Positions 27,292 to 40,598 of a stretch of 64,000 bases of DNA are shown here, one piece after another. A program made the translations under genes and the position numbers. Positions within the stretch are counted from its first letter, which is position 1. Each line of letters opens with the position of its first letter. The notes beneath the pieces were generated by a model. The model worked only from the letters and a program-made list of their open reading frames with translations. It searched no databases and was not told where the DNA came from. Source of the stretch: Octopus vulgaris. Taxonomy: Eukaryota. The DNA is taken from contig OX597826.1 in assembly GCA_951406725.2 (NCBI GenBank), forward strand, positions 69,254,001-69,318,000, written 5' to 3'.

Positions 27292-27460
27292 AGACGTAGA
27301 ACTCAACGAGAAACGAAAAAGTAAAAACAGCATGGAACGGACCATTTTTTTAACAACGAAAAAACAGAGTACAAGACAACTACACAAGGAAAAATCGCCT
27401 TCATCAGCTGTCCCTAGTTCAACTCCAGCGTGTTTCGAAGATATATATATATATATATAT

Positions 27461-27548
<88 letters not shown>

Positions 27549-27627
27549 AGATATAGATATATTGAAAGGTACAATGAATAAACACTCCAATCGGTCAAAA
27601 CAACTTTATGTCATTCCAGTATTATCA

Positions 27628-27689
<62 letters not shown>

Positions 27690-27950
27690 TTAGATAGAAA
27701 GGTAGATATGGAATAGTTTGCACCAATATTATGTATTAGAGGTCTTTCCATGATAAGAAGGCGTTGACATTGTTGTCATAATCTGTTACTTTTCTAATTT
27801 TTGTACACGTTATTGTTCAACCTATGTTATCTACATCAAGGTCGTCATTTTTGTTCCACCGTCGCCAGAGTTTCTCCCGCTTTTATCAAATCATGATATG
27901 TAATTGCGAATTTAGATACGCGTGTTTACATACATAAACCTGCAGAAAGA

Positions 27951-27982
<32 letters not shown>

Positions 27983-28150
27983 GGCGCACGCGTGATTGTG
28001 TGGTTAGAAGCGTGTTTCGCAGCCACATGATTCCGGATTCCGGGTTCATTCCCACTGCGTGGAACCTTCGTCTAGTGTCATCTGCTATAGCCTCGGCCGA
28101 CCAGAGCATTTTGAATGGATTTGGTAAACGGTAACTGAAATAAACCCTTC

Positions 28151-28195
<45 letters not shown>

Positions 28196-28556
28196 GTGTG
28201 TGTTTGTGTATTTGTGCGTGTGCGTCTGTGTTTGTCCCTCCGCCATCACTTGATAACCGATGTTGGTGTGTTCACGTCACTGTAACCTAGCGAGTATTCA
28301 AATTACCCTGATAAAATAAGGACTAGGCTTATACAGAATAAGTCTTGGGATCGATTTCTTCGAGTAAATTTGGTGCACCAGCATGGCAGACGTAGAACTC
28401 AACGAGAAACGAAAAAGTAAAAACAGCATGGAACGGACCATTTTTTTAACAACGAAAAAACAGAGTACAAGACAACTACACAAGGAAAAATCGCCTTCAT
28501 CAGCTGTCCCTAGTTCAACTCCAGCGTGTTTCGAAGATATATATATATATATATAT

Positions 28557-28644
<88 letters not shown>

Positions 28645-28723
28645 AGATATAGATATATTGAAAGGTACAATGAATAAACACTCCAATCGGTCAAAACAAC
28701 TTTATGTCATTCCAGTATTATCA

Positions 28724-28785
<62 letters not shown>

Positions 28786-29046
28786 TTAGATAGAAAGGTA
28801 GATATGGAATAGTTTGCACCAATATTATGTATTAGAGGTCTTTCCATGATAAGAAGGCGTTGACATTGTTGTCATAATCTGTTACTTTTCTAATTTTTGT
28901 ACACGTTATTGTTCAACCTATGTTATCTACATCAAGGTCGTCATTTTTGTTCCACCGTCGCCAGAGTTTCTCCCGCTTTTATCAAATCATGATATGTAAT
29001 TGCGAATTTAGATACGCGTGTTTACATACATAAACCTGCAGAAAGA

Positions 29047-29078
<32 letters not shown>

Positions 29079-29246
29079 GGCGCACGCGTGATTGTGTGGT
29101 TAGAAGCGTGTTTCGCAGCCACATGATTCCGGATTCCGGGTTCATTCCCACTGCGTGGAACCTTCGTCTAGTGTCATCTGCTATAGCCTCGGCCGACCAG
29201 AGCATTTTGAATGGATTTGGTAAACGGTAACTGAAATAAACCCTTC

Positions 29247-29291
<45 letters not shown>

Positions 29292-29483
29292 GTGTGTGTT
29301 TGTGTATTTGTGCGTGTGCGTCTGTGTTTGTCCCTCCGCCATCACTTGATAACCGATGTTGGTGTGTTCACGTCACTGTAACCTAGCGAGTATTCAAATT
29401 ACCCTGATAAAATAAGGACTAGGCTTATACAGAATAAGTCTTGGGATCGATTTCTTCGAGTAAATTTGGTGCACCAGCATGGC
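27292..29483 (+). repeat. Tandem duplication, 2 x 1096 bp (27292-28387, 28388-29483), each copy containing a family-B SINE
   Basis: Constant 1096-bp offset at every landmark checked, including across microsatellites (ORFs at 27922 and 29018 are identical). Confidence 0.95.
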
Positions 29484-29521
29484 AGCTGTCAGATAACAGA
29501 AAACAGGAAGAAAAAAATTTT

Positions 29522-29846
29522 TTTTCTCTTTTGGTCTCCATCTCTCCTTACTCTCCTCATTCTTTGCTCTCTTTACCCTCTTCCTCCTTTGTTCTCCATC
29601 TGTCCTTCCGTTCTTCCTCCGTTGCTCACCAACTCACCTAATTCTCTTCTTCACTCCTTACACTCTCCTTGCTTTGCTCTCCATCTCACCTTACTCTCCA
29701 TCTGTTTAGCTCTCCATCTCTCCTTACTCTCATTACTCTCCTTCTCTTTTTGTTCTCCCTCTCTCCTTACTCGCTTCCTCCTTTGCTCTCCATCTGTCTT
29801 TCCTCTCGTCATCCGTTGCTCTCCAACTCACCTTATTCTCTTCCTC
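29522..29846 (-). repeat. Inverted copy of the ~30-33-bp purine minisatellite
   Basis: Minus strand ...gaggaagagaataaggtgagttggagagcaa...agtaaggagagatggagagc. Confidence 0.8.
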
Positions 29847-29993
29847 ACATATATATATATATATGAATATATATATGCTTGCATGCATGCACATTTATAT
29901 ATATATATATATAAATATTGCTTTTTATAGCAACTGGGAATAAGAGTTTGTCTTAGAGCTCAAGCTTCACGCCTAAGTGATCTTCTTCTTCTT

Positions 29994-30079
<86 letters not shown>

Positions 30080-30119
30080 TATTATTATCATCATCATTAT
30101 CATTGTTATTATTGTTATG

Positions 30120-30321
30120 TTCTCAAATTCTACCACAAGGGTAGCATATTTAGGGGAGGAGATGAGTCGATTATATCAACCTCAGTGTTCAACAGGTAAT
30201 TATTTTACCAACCTCGAAAACATGAAATATGAAGTCGACCACGGCCGTATTTGAACTCAGAATGGAACGACGGGGCGAAATAGCGCTAAACCTTCTTACA
30301 AATCTGCCAGCTCGCCGCCTT
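30120..30321 (-). mobile_element. Diverged SINE family C
   Basis: gaagtcgaccacggccgtatttgaactcagaa...ctgccagctcgccgcc. Confidence 0.75.
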
Positions 30322-31504
30322 TCAATAATAATGATAATAATAATGACGACGATGATGATAATGATGGTGCTCAGAAATTGTGCATTACTAATACATTACT
30401 TCTAATAACTACATTTAGAAATACGTGTACGATAACTAGTTATTGTAGAGGTAAGGTGGAAATACCTCAAAGAACCACGAAGTATATATTGCTTGAAATA
30501 TTAAAAGCAAAGTGCCGTGTTTGAACTTTGATAAATTAATAATTGAGAAGGCTTTCTACTTGCTAAAGGCTTCACACAAGTTATTAGTTAACCTACGGTT
30601 CTTTCGTTCTAACTAATTTGACAAATGAGGTACTTTGTTTCGAACAGGTAGAAAACGAGACATTGTGTTGATGTAGACAAGGAACTACTACTCTAAAAAT
30701 AAATAAATAAATGCGCCCTTTTAAAGCCTAGCCAGGCGTCGCCCGGTCCAGGAATCGAACCACAATCTTACAATCATGCTGCTGACACAGTAACCACTAA
30801 GCCACGCCCCTCCACATTGCTCTAAAACGTCATGATAAAGATACTCAATAGTAAACCATTTTGCGCCAATGTTAATAGCAAAAATATTTACATTGTCTTC
30901 GCTGCTCACGGTAAACTCATCGATAATGTTCAAGCGTCACGTTTAGCATGGGTCATGCAAAAGCGATACCTTACATAATGTAATACCTGCCGATTTGACA
31001 ATTGGTATTTGTATGTCTAACATATATCGTATTATTGAGAAAACATGTAACGCAATATGATTTTACGATAGAAATACGAACTAAAATACAAATCTCAGCG
31101 CAGGGAGTGTGTGTGGTTTGAGGCATAGTTACACGGCCATAACCAACCTGTTTCACATTAATTTATTTCCTTCTTTAGAAAGCTATCCAACGTCTGTCTT
31201 ATTCCCTAACTTACAAAGGTCCAACCACATTATAGATCTTCTTACGGCATGGCACGCAATGAGCTCTTCTATAAAATATATTTTATCAAGGTTATGCAGC
31301 TCTCTGTTATTCTATATTGGTATTTTCGGCATAAGAGCCAATGAAGATACACACACACACACTTTATCGTGGCGACGCTTGTATACTTGGTGATTTTTAC
31401 TCACAACATTCATGTCATTTGGTATGGCTACATCAATGATCTGGCAGTATTTTATGATGACGGTGGACATGATATTTCATATGTTGTCATTGGAAATACT
31501 GTAC

Positions 31505-31572
<68 letters not shown>

Positions 31573-31575
<3 letters not shown>

Positions 31576-31737
31576 CGCAGGGGTGGCTGTGTGGTAAGTA
31601 GCTTGCTAAACAACCACATGGTCCCGGGTTCAGTCCACTGCGTGGCATCTTGGGCAAGTATCTTCTGCTATAGCCCCGGGCCGACCAATGCCTTGTGAGT
31701 GGATTTGGTAGACGGAAACTGAAAGAAGCCCGTCATA

Positions 31738-31791
<54 letters not shown>

Positions 31792-32012
31792 TGTGTGTGT
31801 TTGTGTGTCTGTGTTTGTCCCCCTAGCATTGCTTGACAACCGATGCTGGTGTGTTTACGTCCCCGTCACATAGCGGTTCGGCAAAAGAGACTGATAGAAT
31901 AAGTACTGGGCTTACAAATAATAAGTCCCGGGATCAATTTGCTCGACTAAAGGCGGTGCTCCAGCATGGCCGCAGTCAAATGACTGAAACAAGTAAAAGA
32001 GTAAAGAGTAAG
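31573..32012 (+). mobile_element. Full-length SINE family B
   Basis: aggcgcagggg tggctgtgtggtaag (A box), gggttcagtcc (B box), internal (TA)n(TG)n, tail aaacaagtaaaagagtaaagag. Confidence 0.93.
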
Positions 32013-32602
32013 AGATATACAGTATATACTGCACAACTTCCCGATGAGTCTTTTTCGGGTCCCATTCTTGCCTTATCATTCTTTCATACCACGCTCTTGT
32101 TTATCCAGCCGCCTTGTTTAACCATATCAGCATTCAATCATCAGTTTTTCTCCCATTTTCGAATGTTTACACGAATAACTAGGACGATGAAGGATTACAT
32201 TTTAAACAACTCCTGGCAGATACAAAACTTCCTCATTTCTGAACTGTTTATCAATTGATATTTATCGACACGTACCTTCATCACTTTCGAAGACATCCAA
32301 CAGGCTATTTAAATATTGTTGCTAATGTAATAAAACCATATAATGAGATATACAAAGATGATTATCTTCTTTAAACAAACTAAAATCAAAAACTGTACTC
32401 CTAGTGTATACAAAACATGTATGCATCTACATATACGTATGCGTGTCTGTATGTACGTGTATATACGTATATATACCTATATATTTATGTATATATAATA
32501 TATATACATACATACATATATACATATATATAAATACATACACACACATATATACATATATATGTATATATATATACATATATATATACATATATATATT
32601 GA

Positions 32603-32686
<84 letters not shown>

Positions 32687-32809
32687 GAGAGATATATACA
32701 TACGTATAGACATACATATATATACGCACACATATTGGTCTGCCGATAATAACATTTAGTCTGCGAATTAGTAGATTACTTTCATTCTAACATTTGATAA
32801 GATGAAGTC

Positions 32810-32850
<41 letters not shown>

Positions 32851-33342
32851 TAATCATTTAAGAAGCTACGCAAGATAAAATATTCTCTTCTCTTAGTTTT
32901 TATTCATTGGCATCACCTTAGATATTTTTTCGAATTTCTCACCTGCATTACTTAAATTCTTTTTCTTTTTAAATTTTTAGATCTTTTTAGCAAATTAGAA
33001 ATATTTCCACGATATTGCTGACTAGCGTATTAAAATTGCTAATCACTTCCATTATACAATGCATTCGTCCTTTAAATACTTCTCAGACTATTGAATATTT
33101 TCGTTGTATCTCAGTGAGCAGCGGTGGGAGGAAGGAGATCTTTTAGTCAAAATAAAGAAATAGAAAATAACCACTGCGTGTCTGTGTTTATTGCTGGCAT
33201 AATAAGCCCCCCCCCCCCCCCGAGAGTCTGCAAAATTCGTTTGAGTACATGAGCAATAAAGATTTTGTGAACCAAATGCAAAGACAAGATACTGTCCTTG
33301 TTTGTGCAGGGACTCACACAAATCCATACATTCACGTACACG

Positions 33343-33393
<51 letters not shown>

Positions 33394-33411
33394 TATACAT
33401 ATATATATATG

Positions 33412-33445
<34 letters not shown>

Positions 33446-33474
33446 TATACATATATATATACATATATATATCC

Positions 33475-33505
<31 letters not shown>

Positions 33506-33564
33506 CGTACATATATAAATATATATATATATATTTATATATATATATACATATATCTTTCAAA

Positions 33565-33738
33565 ATGTGACCTCGTGTGTACCGTTGGCGATTTTTTTCC
33601 TCTGTCTTCCCTTCTCTGGATCTTTCCTTCTATGTTTCCGACGAAGAGCTCCTTCTTTCCTGAGCGTCCAATAATACTATATTTGTTCCACGTCCTCGGG
33701 TTGTTGTGTTTTTGTTTTTGTGCTTTCTTGTTTGGTAA

Positions 33739-33740
<2 letters not shown>
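33565..33740 (+). mobile_element. (TA)n-inserted element of the 11100 family with a deleted HHR
   Basis: tgtttccgacgaagagctcc followed by deletion of the GCTCGAAACGTT part, then ctgagcgtccaataatactatatttgttccacgtcctc. Confidence 0.65.
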
Positions 33741-33803
<63 letters not shown>

Positions 33804-34002
33804 TATATTCATTTGTATATATATATTACGAAGATGTACTTGCATAGCAAGTGACCTGATCTGAGATCGTGTGCTAGATCGAAAGCGTGCAAGGTGTTTA
33901 TAAGCCATTTATAAGCACACAAAAACCATTAGATTCACTTCAACATTTAGATTTAATTTGCCAAACTATTTTCATCGCTTTGAAACTGACAAACTTCACT
34001 GC

Positions 34003-34060
<58 letters not shown>

Positions 34061-34094
34061 CTGACAAAATTCCGTGCTGTACATATATATATAT

Positions 34095-34420
34095 AACGGG
34101 AAGGTTTACGAAAATAAACAAAAGACGAAGGCAGGTGGAGTACAAACAAACAAATGTATTAGTATGGCACTCAGGAATAGAAATAGAACAAGTCTTTTAC
34201 GTTTCGAGCCTACGCTCTTCGACAGAATGATACACAGAAAAAAAAACAAGAAGAGAAAAAAATGCGTGTAGGAGCTAACGATCTATCATGGCGTTCTGAT
34301 TTCGGGCAGAGGTCAGAGGTCAGACGCTAGAGGGACAGTAGGGGAGATAACAGGGTGAAGTGACTTCCAAAACGAAGGTGCCTCCAACACAAAGGTGCGT
34401 GTGCGTATAAGAGAGTATGT
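34095..34420 (-). mobile_element. (TA)n-associated element with A6U hammerhead-like motif; homologous to 45060-45252
   Basis: Shared cctgag(t/c)gccatactaataca..tgtttgtttgt..tccacctgccttcgtcttttgt block next to the HHR motif. Confidence 0.7.
34193..34230 (-). ncRNA. Hammerhead-like motif, A6U plus extra A
   Basis: Minus strand UCAUU-CUGUCGA-A-GAGC(GUAG)GCUC-GAAA-CG-U-A^-AAAGA; one stem I mismatch. Confidence 0.55.
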
Positions 34421-34488
34421 ATGTGCGTGTGAAAGAGGGCTGGTGGTCTTGACGTGTGTATGTATGTATGTGTGGATGTGGAGATGTG

Positions 34489-34554
<66 letters not shown>

Positions 34555-34557
<3 letters not shown>

Positions 34558-34802
34558 AAAAAGTAAAAAATATATACAAACTGGGACAAGAACGTGAAAC
34601 ACCCAGGAGACGACACAAGAACCACAGGACGGGACATTCGAAGCCCTCAGTCATCAGTCAAGAACCAGATCATCTTCGCAATTTCGGCTGATTTCTTGAC
34701 TGATGACTGAGGGCTTCGAATGTCCCGTCCTATGGTTCTTGTGTCGTCTCCTGGGTGTTTCACGTTCTTGTCCCAGTGTGTATATATTTTTTACTTTTTA
34801 CA
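34555..34802. repeat. Foldback element: 110-bp inverted arms with 28-nt spacer, inside (TA)n
   Basis: 34555-34664 is the reverse complement of 34693-34802 with about 2 mismatches. Confidence 0.9.
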
Positions 34803-34848
34803 TATATAATGGCGGCTTCTGTATCCATACCTCTGTCCTTATACGTAA

Positions 34849-34918
<70 letters not shown>

Positions 34919-35449
34919 ATTTGCATATGTATATACATGTATGGGACCTTTCCGTGATGTGTCACTGTACAGAAAATGAAAATACACCTAATCTTCGTTC
35001 TCAAACTCACGGAATTGATTTCATGGCAATATAAACATGAAACGGGTGAATTCTACGTCAGATCCGAAAAGCCATTTGATAATTAGTCGAAAGAATCTGT
35101 GTAAGGAAGGATAGGCCAAAAGCATATATGATCATAGCGGCGGCGGCGGAGATGGCGGTGATGCCGGTAGTGGTGGTGTTGATATTGGTGATGATGCTGG
35201 TTGTGGTTTGGCGTTGGCGTTAGCGGCGGCGGCGGGGGTTGCGCTAGTGATGGCGGTATGGTGTCGATGATGGTGATGGTAGGGGCACGGTGCTTGCGGT
35301 TGTAGTAGTGGTGTAGTAGTGATGGTGATGAGAGTGATCGAGAATTTGAAAGCATTCTTCCTACGGATGAACTGTCGATGTATACATACATACATACATA
35401 TACATACATACATATATATATATATACACACACACACATATATATATGT

Positions 35450-35836
35450 GGATGGAAGCATTCCGTCGGTTACGACGATGAGGGTTCCGGTTGATCCGAA
35501 TCAACGGAACAGCCTGTTCGTGAAATTAACGTGTAAGTGGCTGAGCAGCCCACAGACATGTGTACCCTTAACGTAGTTCCCGGAGATATTCAGCGTGACA
35601 CAGAGAGTGACAAGGCCGGCCCTTTGATATACAGGTACAACAGAAACAGGAAGTAAGAGTGAGAGAAAGTTGCGCTGAAAGAGTACAGCAGGGATCACCA
35701 CCATCCCCTGCCGGAGCCTCGTGGAGCTTTAGGTGTTTTCGCTCAATAAACACTCACAACGCCCGGTCTGGGAATCGAAACCGCGATCCTACGACCGCGA
35801 GTCCGCTGCCCTAACCACTGGGCCATTGCGCCTCAC
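35450..35836 (-). mobile_element. Full-length SINE family A flanked by a ~130-150-bp direct duplication
   Basis: Same sequence as 7107-7484; flanks 35293-35447 and 35836-35965 are near-identical apart from microsatellite length. Confidence 0.92.
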
Positions 35837-35942
35837 TTACGGTTGTAGTAGTGGTGTAGTAATAATTGTGATGAGAGTGATCGAGAATTTGAAAGCATTC
35901 TTCCTACGGGTGAACTGTCGATGTATACATACATACATATAT

Positions 35943-36016
<74 letters not shown>

Positions 36017-36259
36017 CTAGATACACACACACCATTGATTTGCTCTTCTTAAATTACAAATATATACTTTTATTTTTTTCTATAATTTAAAAGTACTTTG
36101 TTTCAATATCCATCGATTTGCTGTTCTCTGTATAGATTGGTTTTCTATTTTATCTTTTCTTTTACGTCATTTATATTATATTTCTTAAATTTACAATTTC
36201 ATCTAATATATATATATATACATACATATATACATATATATATATATACATATATATAT

Positions 36260-36290
<31 letters not shown>

Positions 36291-36754
36291 AATATATATA
36301 TAAATATATATATGTGTATCTATATATATATATATATATATATGTCTGTGTGTATGTAGGTATGTATGTATGTATGTATTGTGTGTGTGTATATATTGAT
36401 CATTATTATGCAGACACAAACAATCGACACTTTAATATCTATGTTTATATTTATAAAAAGGTAAATGGATTCGATGGGGAAAGTATTAAAGGAATGATCG
36501 TATCCAATAATGAATGTATTCTGTAATTTACTTCAAATGCAAATATCCAATTTCGCCAACAATTTTGTTAAGCTTTTATCATTTGTTTTCTTTTTTTTTT
36601 TAAGGATAACCTATATTTTATTGCTGAATTCCGAAATGTTTATACACAATTGGTGGTTAAATCTTTGACAGTGAAGTGATCCTCTTGTATGCAGTACATG
36701 TTTGGGCTACCTCCAACATATATGCATACGTACACGTATATATATATATATATA

Positions 36755-37134
36755 TATATATATACGGCAGTTTGTCTGTGCGTGTTTCTGTGTGTCTGTT
36801 TTCTCGTACCCTCACCCTGACCACGGCTTTCAACCGATTCTGATGAAACTTGACACACACATAGCCCAATGTCATAATTCAAAACTACCGCAGCGAAAAT
36901 TTTGAAAAGTTCCCCCAGTTCTGAAAAAAATCGATAAATTCGACATGGGGTCGAGAATAAAAAAAAACAGACCACAGACTGTCTAGGGGACGCAACTCAA
37001 CCTTTTTTTACTCTCAAAAAAAAATTTACCATCATTTTGTTTCCATTTTTTTGCTATTTTTTGGCTATAACTCTCTAAAAATGCTTTATAGTTATTTCCC
37101 TTACAAACCTGAGCAACGCCGGGCGATACTGCTA

Positions 37135-37135
<1 letters not shown>
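36755..37135 (+). mobile_element. Non-autonomous Helitron-like element (shorter relative of 23416-24256)
   Basis: Shared gtaccctcaccctgaccacggctttcaaccgattctgatgaaacttgacac...; 3' CCTGAGCAACGCCGGG...CTAG|T. Confidence 0.75.
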
Positions 37136-37218
<83 letters not shown>

Positions 37219-37226
37219 CAACACCA

Positions 37227-37288
37227 AATGGCGGTGTCCCAGCATGGCCACAGCTCATGAGCTGAAACTAGAATCAATCAATCAATCA

Positions 37289-37292
<4 letters not shown>
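37227..37292 (+). mobile_element. Short 5'-truncated retroposon tail ending in (ATCA)n
   Basis: aatggcggtgtcccagcatggccacagctcatgagctgaaactagaatcaatcaatc; second copy inverted at 61034-61096; both lie in TA tracts. Confidence 0.7.
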
Positions 37293-37334
<42 letters not shown>

Positions 37335-37338
<4 letters not shown>

Positions 37339-37644
37339 CGTGATCACCGTGACCGGCCAGGTTATCAGAAGTTGCTACACACATCGGTGGTCACAATGCG
37401 CTTCGCACTGTTTTAGCCTTCAAATGACGCCACCCCGCTGGCTAAGCGAGCAGGCCAACAGAAGAAAGAGTGAGAGAAAGTTGTGGCGATAGAGTACAGC
37501 AGGGATCGCCACCACGCCCTGCCGGCGCCTCGTGGGATTTTAGGTGTTTTCGCTCAATAAACACTTACAACGCCCGGTCTGGGAATCGAAACCGCAATCC
37601 TACGACCGCTAGTACGCTGCACTAACCACTGGGCCATTACGCCT

Positions 37645-37648
<4 letters not shown>
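37335..37648 (-). mobile_element. SINE family A head with tail type 3
   Basis: Matches 24528-24815; ends in tandem atcaccgtg repeats. Confidence 0.85.
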
Positions 37649-37728
<80 letters not shown>

Positions 37729-38833
37729 ATGTGTGTGTGTAGAAACGGGAAAAACAAGAAAACAGTTACAGGACGTGCTACACAAGGAAAAGACCCCCGT
37801 CATCAGCTGTCGCTAGTAGACTCAAGCGTGTTTCGAAGGCAAGACAGAACACTAATCCAGAGGCCTTCCTGCGAGAGAATTAAAATAAAATTCCAAGCAC
37901 TCTTTTCGTTTACATGTTTCAGTCTTTACACTGCGGCCATGGTAGGGCACCGCCTTGAAATTTTAGCCGACACACACATATATACTACGATGTCTACATA
38001 CATACATGAAGTTGAAATTCCAATGAAGAAGCCCTGGATCTAGGTTAGAAACCGTTTCTTTCTATTTTGGCAAGAAATCTTGAAATAAACTGAATAATGA
38101 TATACATATACGTGCTTACACGAGTTTACGAAACAAAATGCTTGAACACAGTTTTTCGTGGTAGGCTATTCGTGAGTGGTTGTGCGTGTTTCGCGACTAG
38201 TTGTGTATGTTTGTCTATGTGTGTATGTATAAAATGAATTGTTCGTCAGTAAATGCGTGGGTGTATATATTCATGCGACGTGGAAGAAAGATATGGGTGT
38301 CAGTATGCTTTGCGTGCGTTTCCATGTAATTTTTATGTGAGTGCGTGTATGGGAATTTGGTGACATGCGCAATATGTGCGATCGTGTATGTTTCTATGAA
38401 TATACAGAAGTATGTGCGTCTGTGTATATCTATATATATGTATATATGTATATAGGTATATATATACATATATGTGTATCTGTATATACATATATACATA
38501 CGAAAATACATACATAAATATATACACATAGATACAGACATATACATATATACATACATATATATACACAGACATATTTATATACACACATATATATATA
38601 CATATATACATATATAAATATATACATACACATATGTATGTGTATATATATATGTATATGTATACATATATACATACATATATATACATACACATATTTA
38701 TATACATATATATATATATATATAAATATATACATACACATATGTATGTGTATATATATATATGTACATATATACATAGATATACACATATATATATGTA
38801 TATATATATGTTTATATATATGTATATAAGTAC

Positions 38834-38900
<67 letters not shown>

Positions 38901-39227
38901 TACATGCACACATAAATCAGTGCCTAAGTAGATGTGGTCGTGTGTTGCGATGTACGAGTGTGAATGTGTATGAATGCGTGCGTACGGTGTTGGATGCCTG
39001 TAAGTGCAGGCTTTGGCAAACACACGCTTCTCAGAGGATGACGAGTAACCGGTCTCCAAAGTAGGAAACCACAGAAAGTCTTTAGATAAATACTGACTTG
39101 TTGATAAGCTTGTGAAGCCCTCACCTGTTTTTTACAAAGAATCTAACATCCACCACCGCCACCGCCACCGCCACTCCCACCACTCGTCCTACTACAACTA
39201 CTACTACTACTAATAATAATAATAATG

Positions 39228-39333
<106 letters not shown>

Positions 39334-39368
39334 TGATGATGATGATGATAATAATAGCAACAATAACA

Positions 39369-40392
39369 AATGCCCTGATGCAGTACCACATAGTAGTTCT
39401 CATGGCTTCTGAGCTTAACTTATTGGAAGTGTTATCATGTACATTGTTTTGTCTTGGGATAAAAGATGGGCTACAGCAAATATTCTGCTCAGTACCACAG
39501 ATTTGCTTGTCAGTTGTTTGACCTTAACCAGTTGGCCATGTCTCTTGATGGTTGACAATATGTGCATTTCTGATCACAAGCAGAAGTAAGTGGTGGAGCA
39601 TCATAGCCGTGTGTTGGAAGGAATTCTTGGTGATTTGGATAATTCACCTTTGGAAACATGGGTCGTTTGTTCAACAACCTTAAACAATCCTTATTCAAGG
39701 ACCTTTTGAGTGGGATCGGTTTCTCGACCAGAAGAAAATTCTAACTGGGCTCCACCAGCAAGGTCATGGTCTGTTTATCTTGACAGGAGATCACAACGTC
39801 GCGCACATATGGTTGTGATGCATGTGCCTGGTGTACCCTTATTAGACGGGTAGTCATGATGGTTGTACTGCTTCGTGTATTTGATCTTAATTGATTGGAA
39901 GTGTTATCATGTTCATTGTTTTGTCTTAGTATAAAAGATGGGATACGCCAAATATTCCGCTCAATACCATACATTTGCCTGTCACTTGTTTGACCTTAAA
40001 TAGTTGAGCATGTCCCTTAGTGGCTGACCATATGTGCATCTCTGATCACTGGCAGAAGTGGGGGAGCATCATAGCCATGTGTTGAGAGGAAATCTTTGGG
40101 GTTTGAACGATTCACCTCTGGAATCATGGGTGCCTTGCTTATCATACTTGACATGAACCTTATTCAAGGATCTTTTGAGTAGGATGAGCTACTCAGCTTG
40201 AACAAAATTCTAACTGGGCCTCACCTGGTCATGTGCTATTTATCTTGATATGAGATCACCATGTCGCGTGCATATGGTTGTGATGCATCTGCCTGGTGTA
40301 CCCTTATCAGACGAGTACTCATGATGGGTATACTGCGCTTCGTATATTTGTACCCGTGTCATTCCGATGGCATGCTCTGCTCGTTCACTCAA
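39369..40392. mobile_element. Two diverged tandem copies (~480-510 bp) of an interspersed repeat inserted in (AAT)n
   Basis: ttggaagtgttatcatgt(a/t)cattgttttgtctt...cctggtgtaccctt occurs at ~39423 and ~39895; AAT tracts on both sides. Confidence 0.8.
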
Positions 40393-40556
40393 CAATAATA
40401 ATTATCATTATTGTTGTTATTATTATTAGTATTATTATTCATATCGAGGTCTCTTTCATTCTTTTGTTGTCTTAACTTTACAATCTCTCCCCTCTCTGTC
40501 TCTCTCTCTCTCTATATATATATACACCTATATATATATACATAAAATCTCTCTCA

Positions 40557-40598
<42 letters not shown>

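Noticed and set aside
38005-38065. ATGAAGA...AGAAACCG hammerhead-like remnant in a TA-associated repeat (similar remnants near 24290-24360 and 33955-34005)
   Set aside because: Core and stems are too degenerate to call from single copies.
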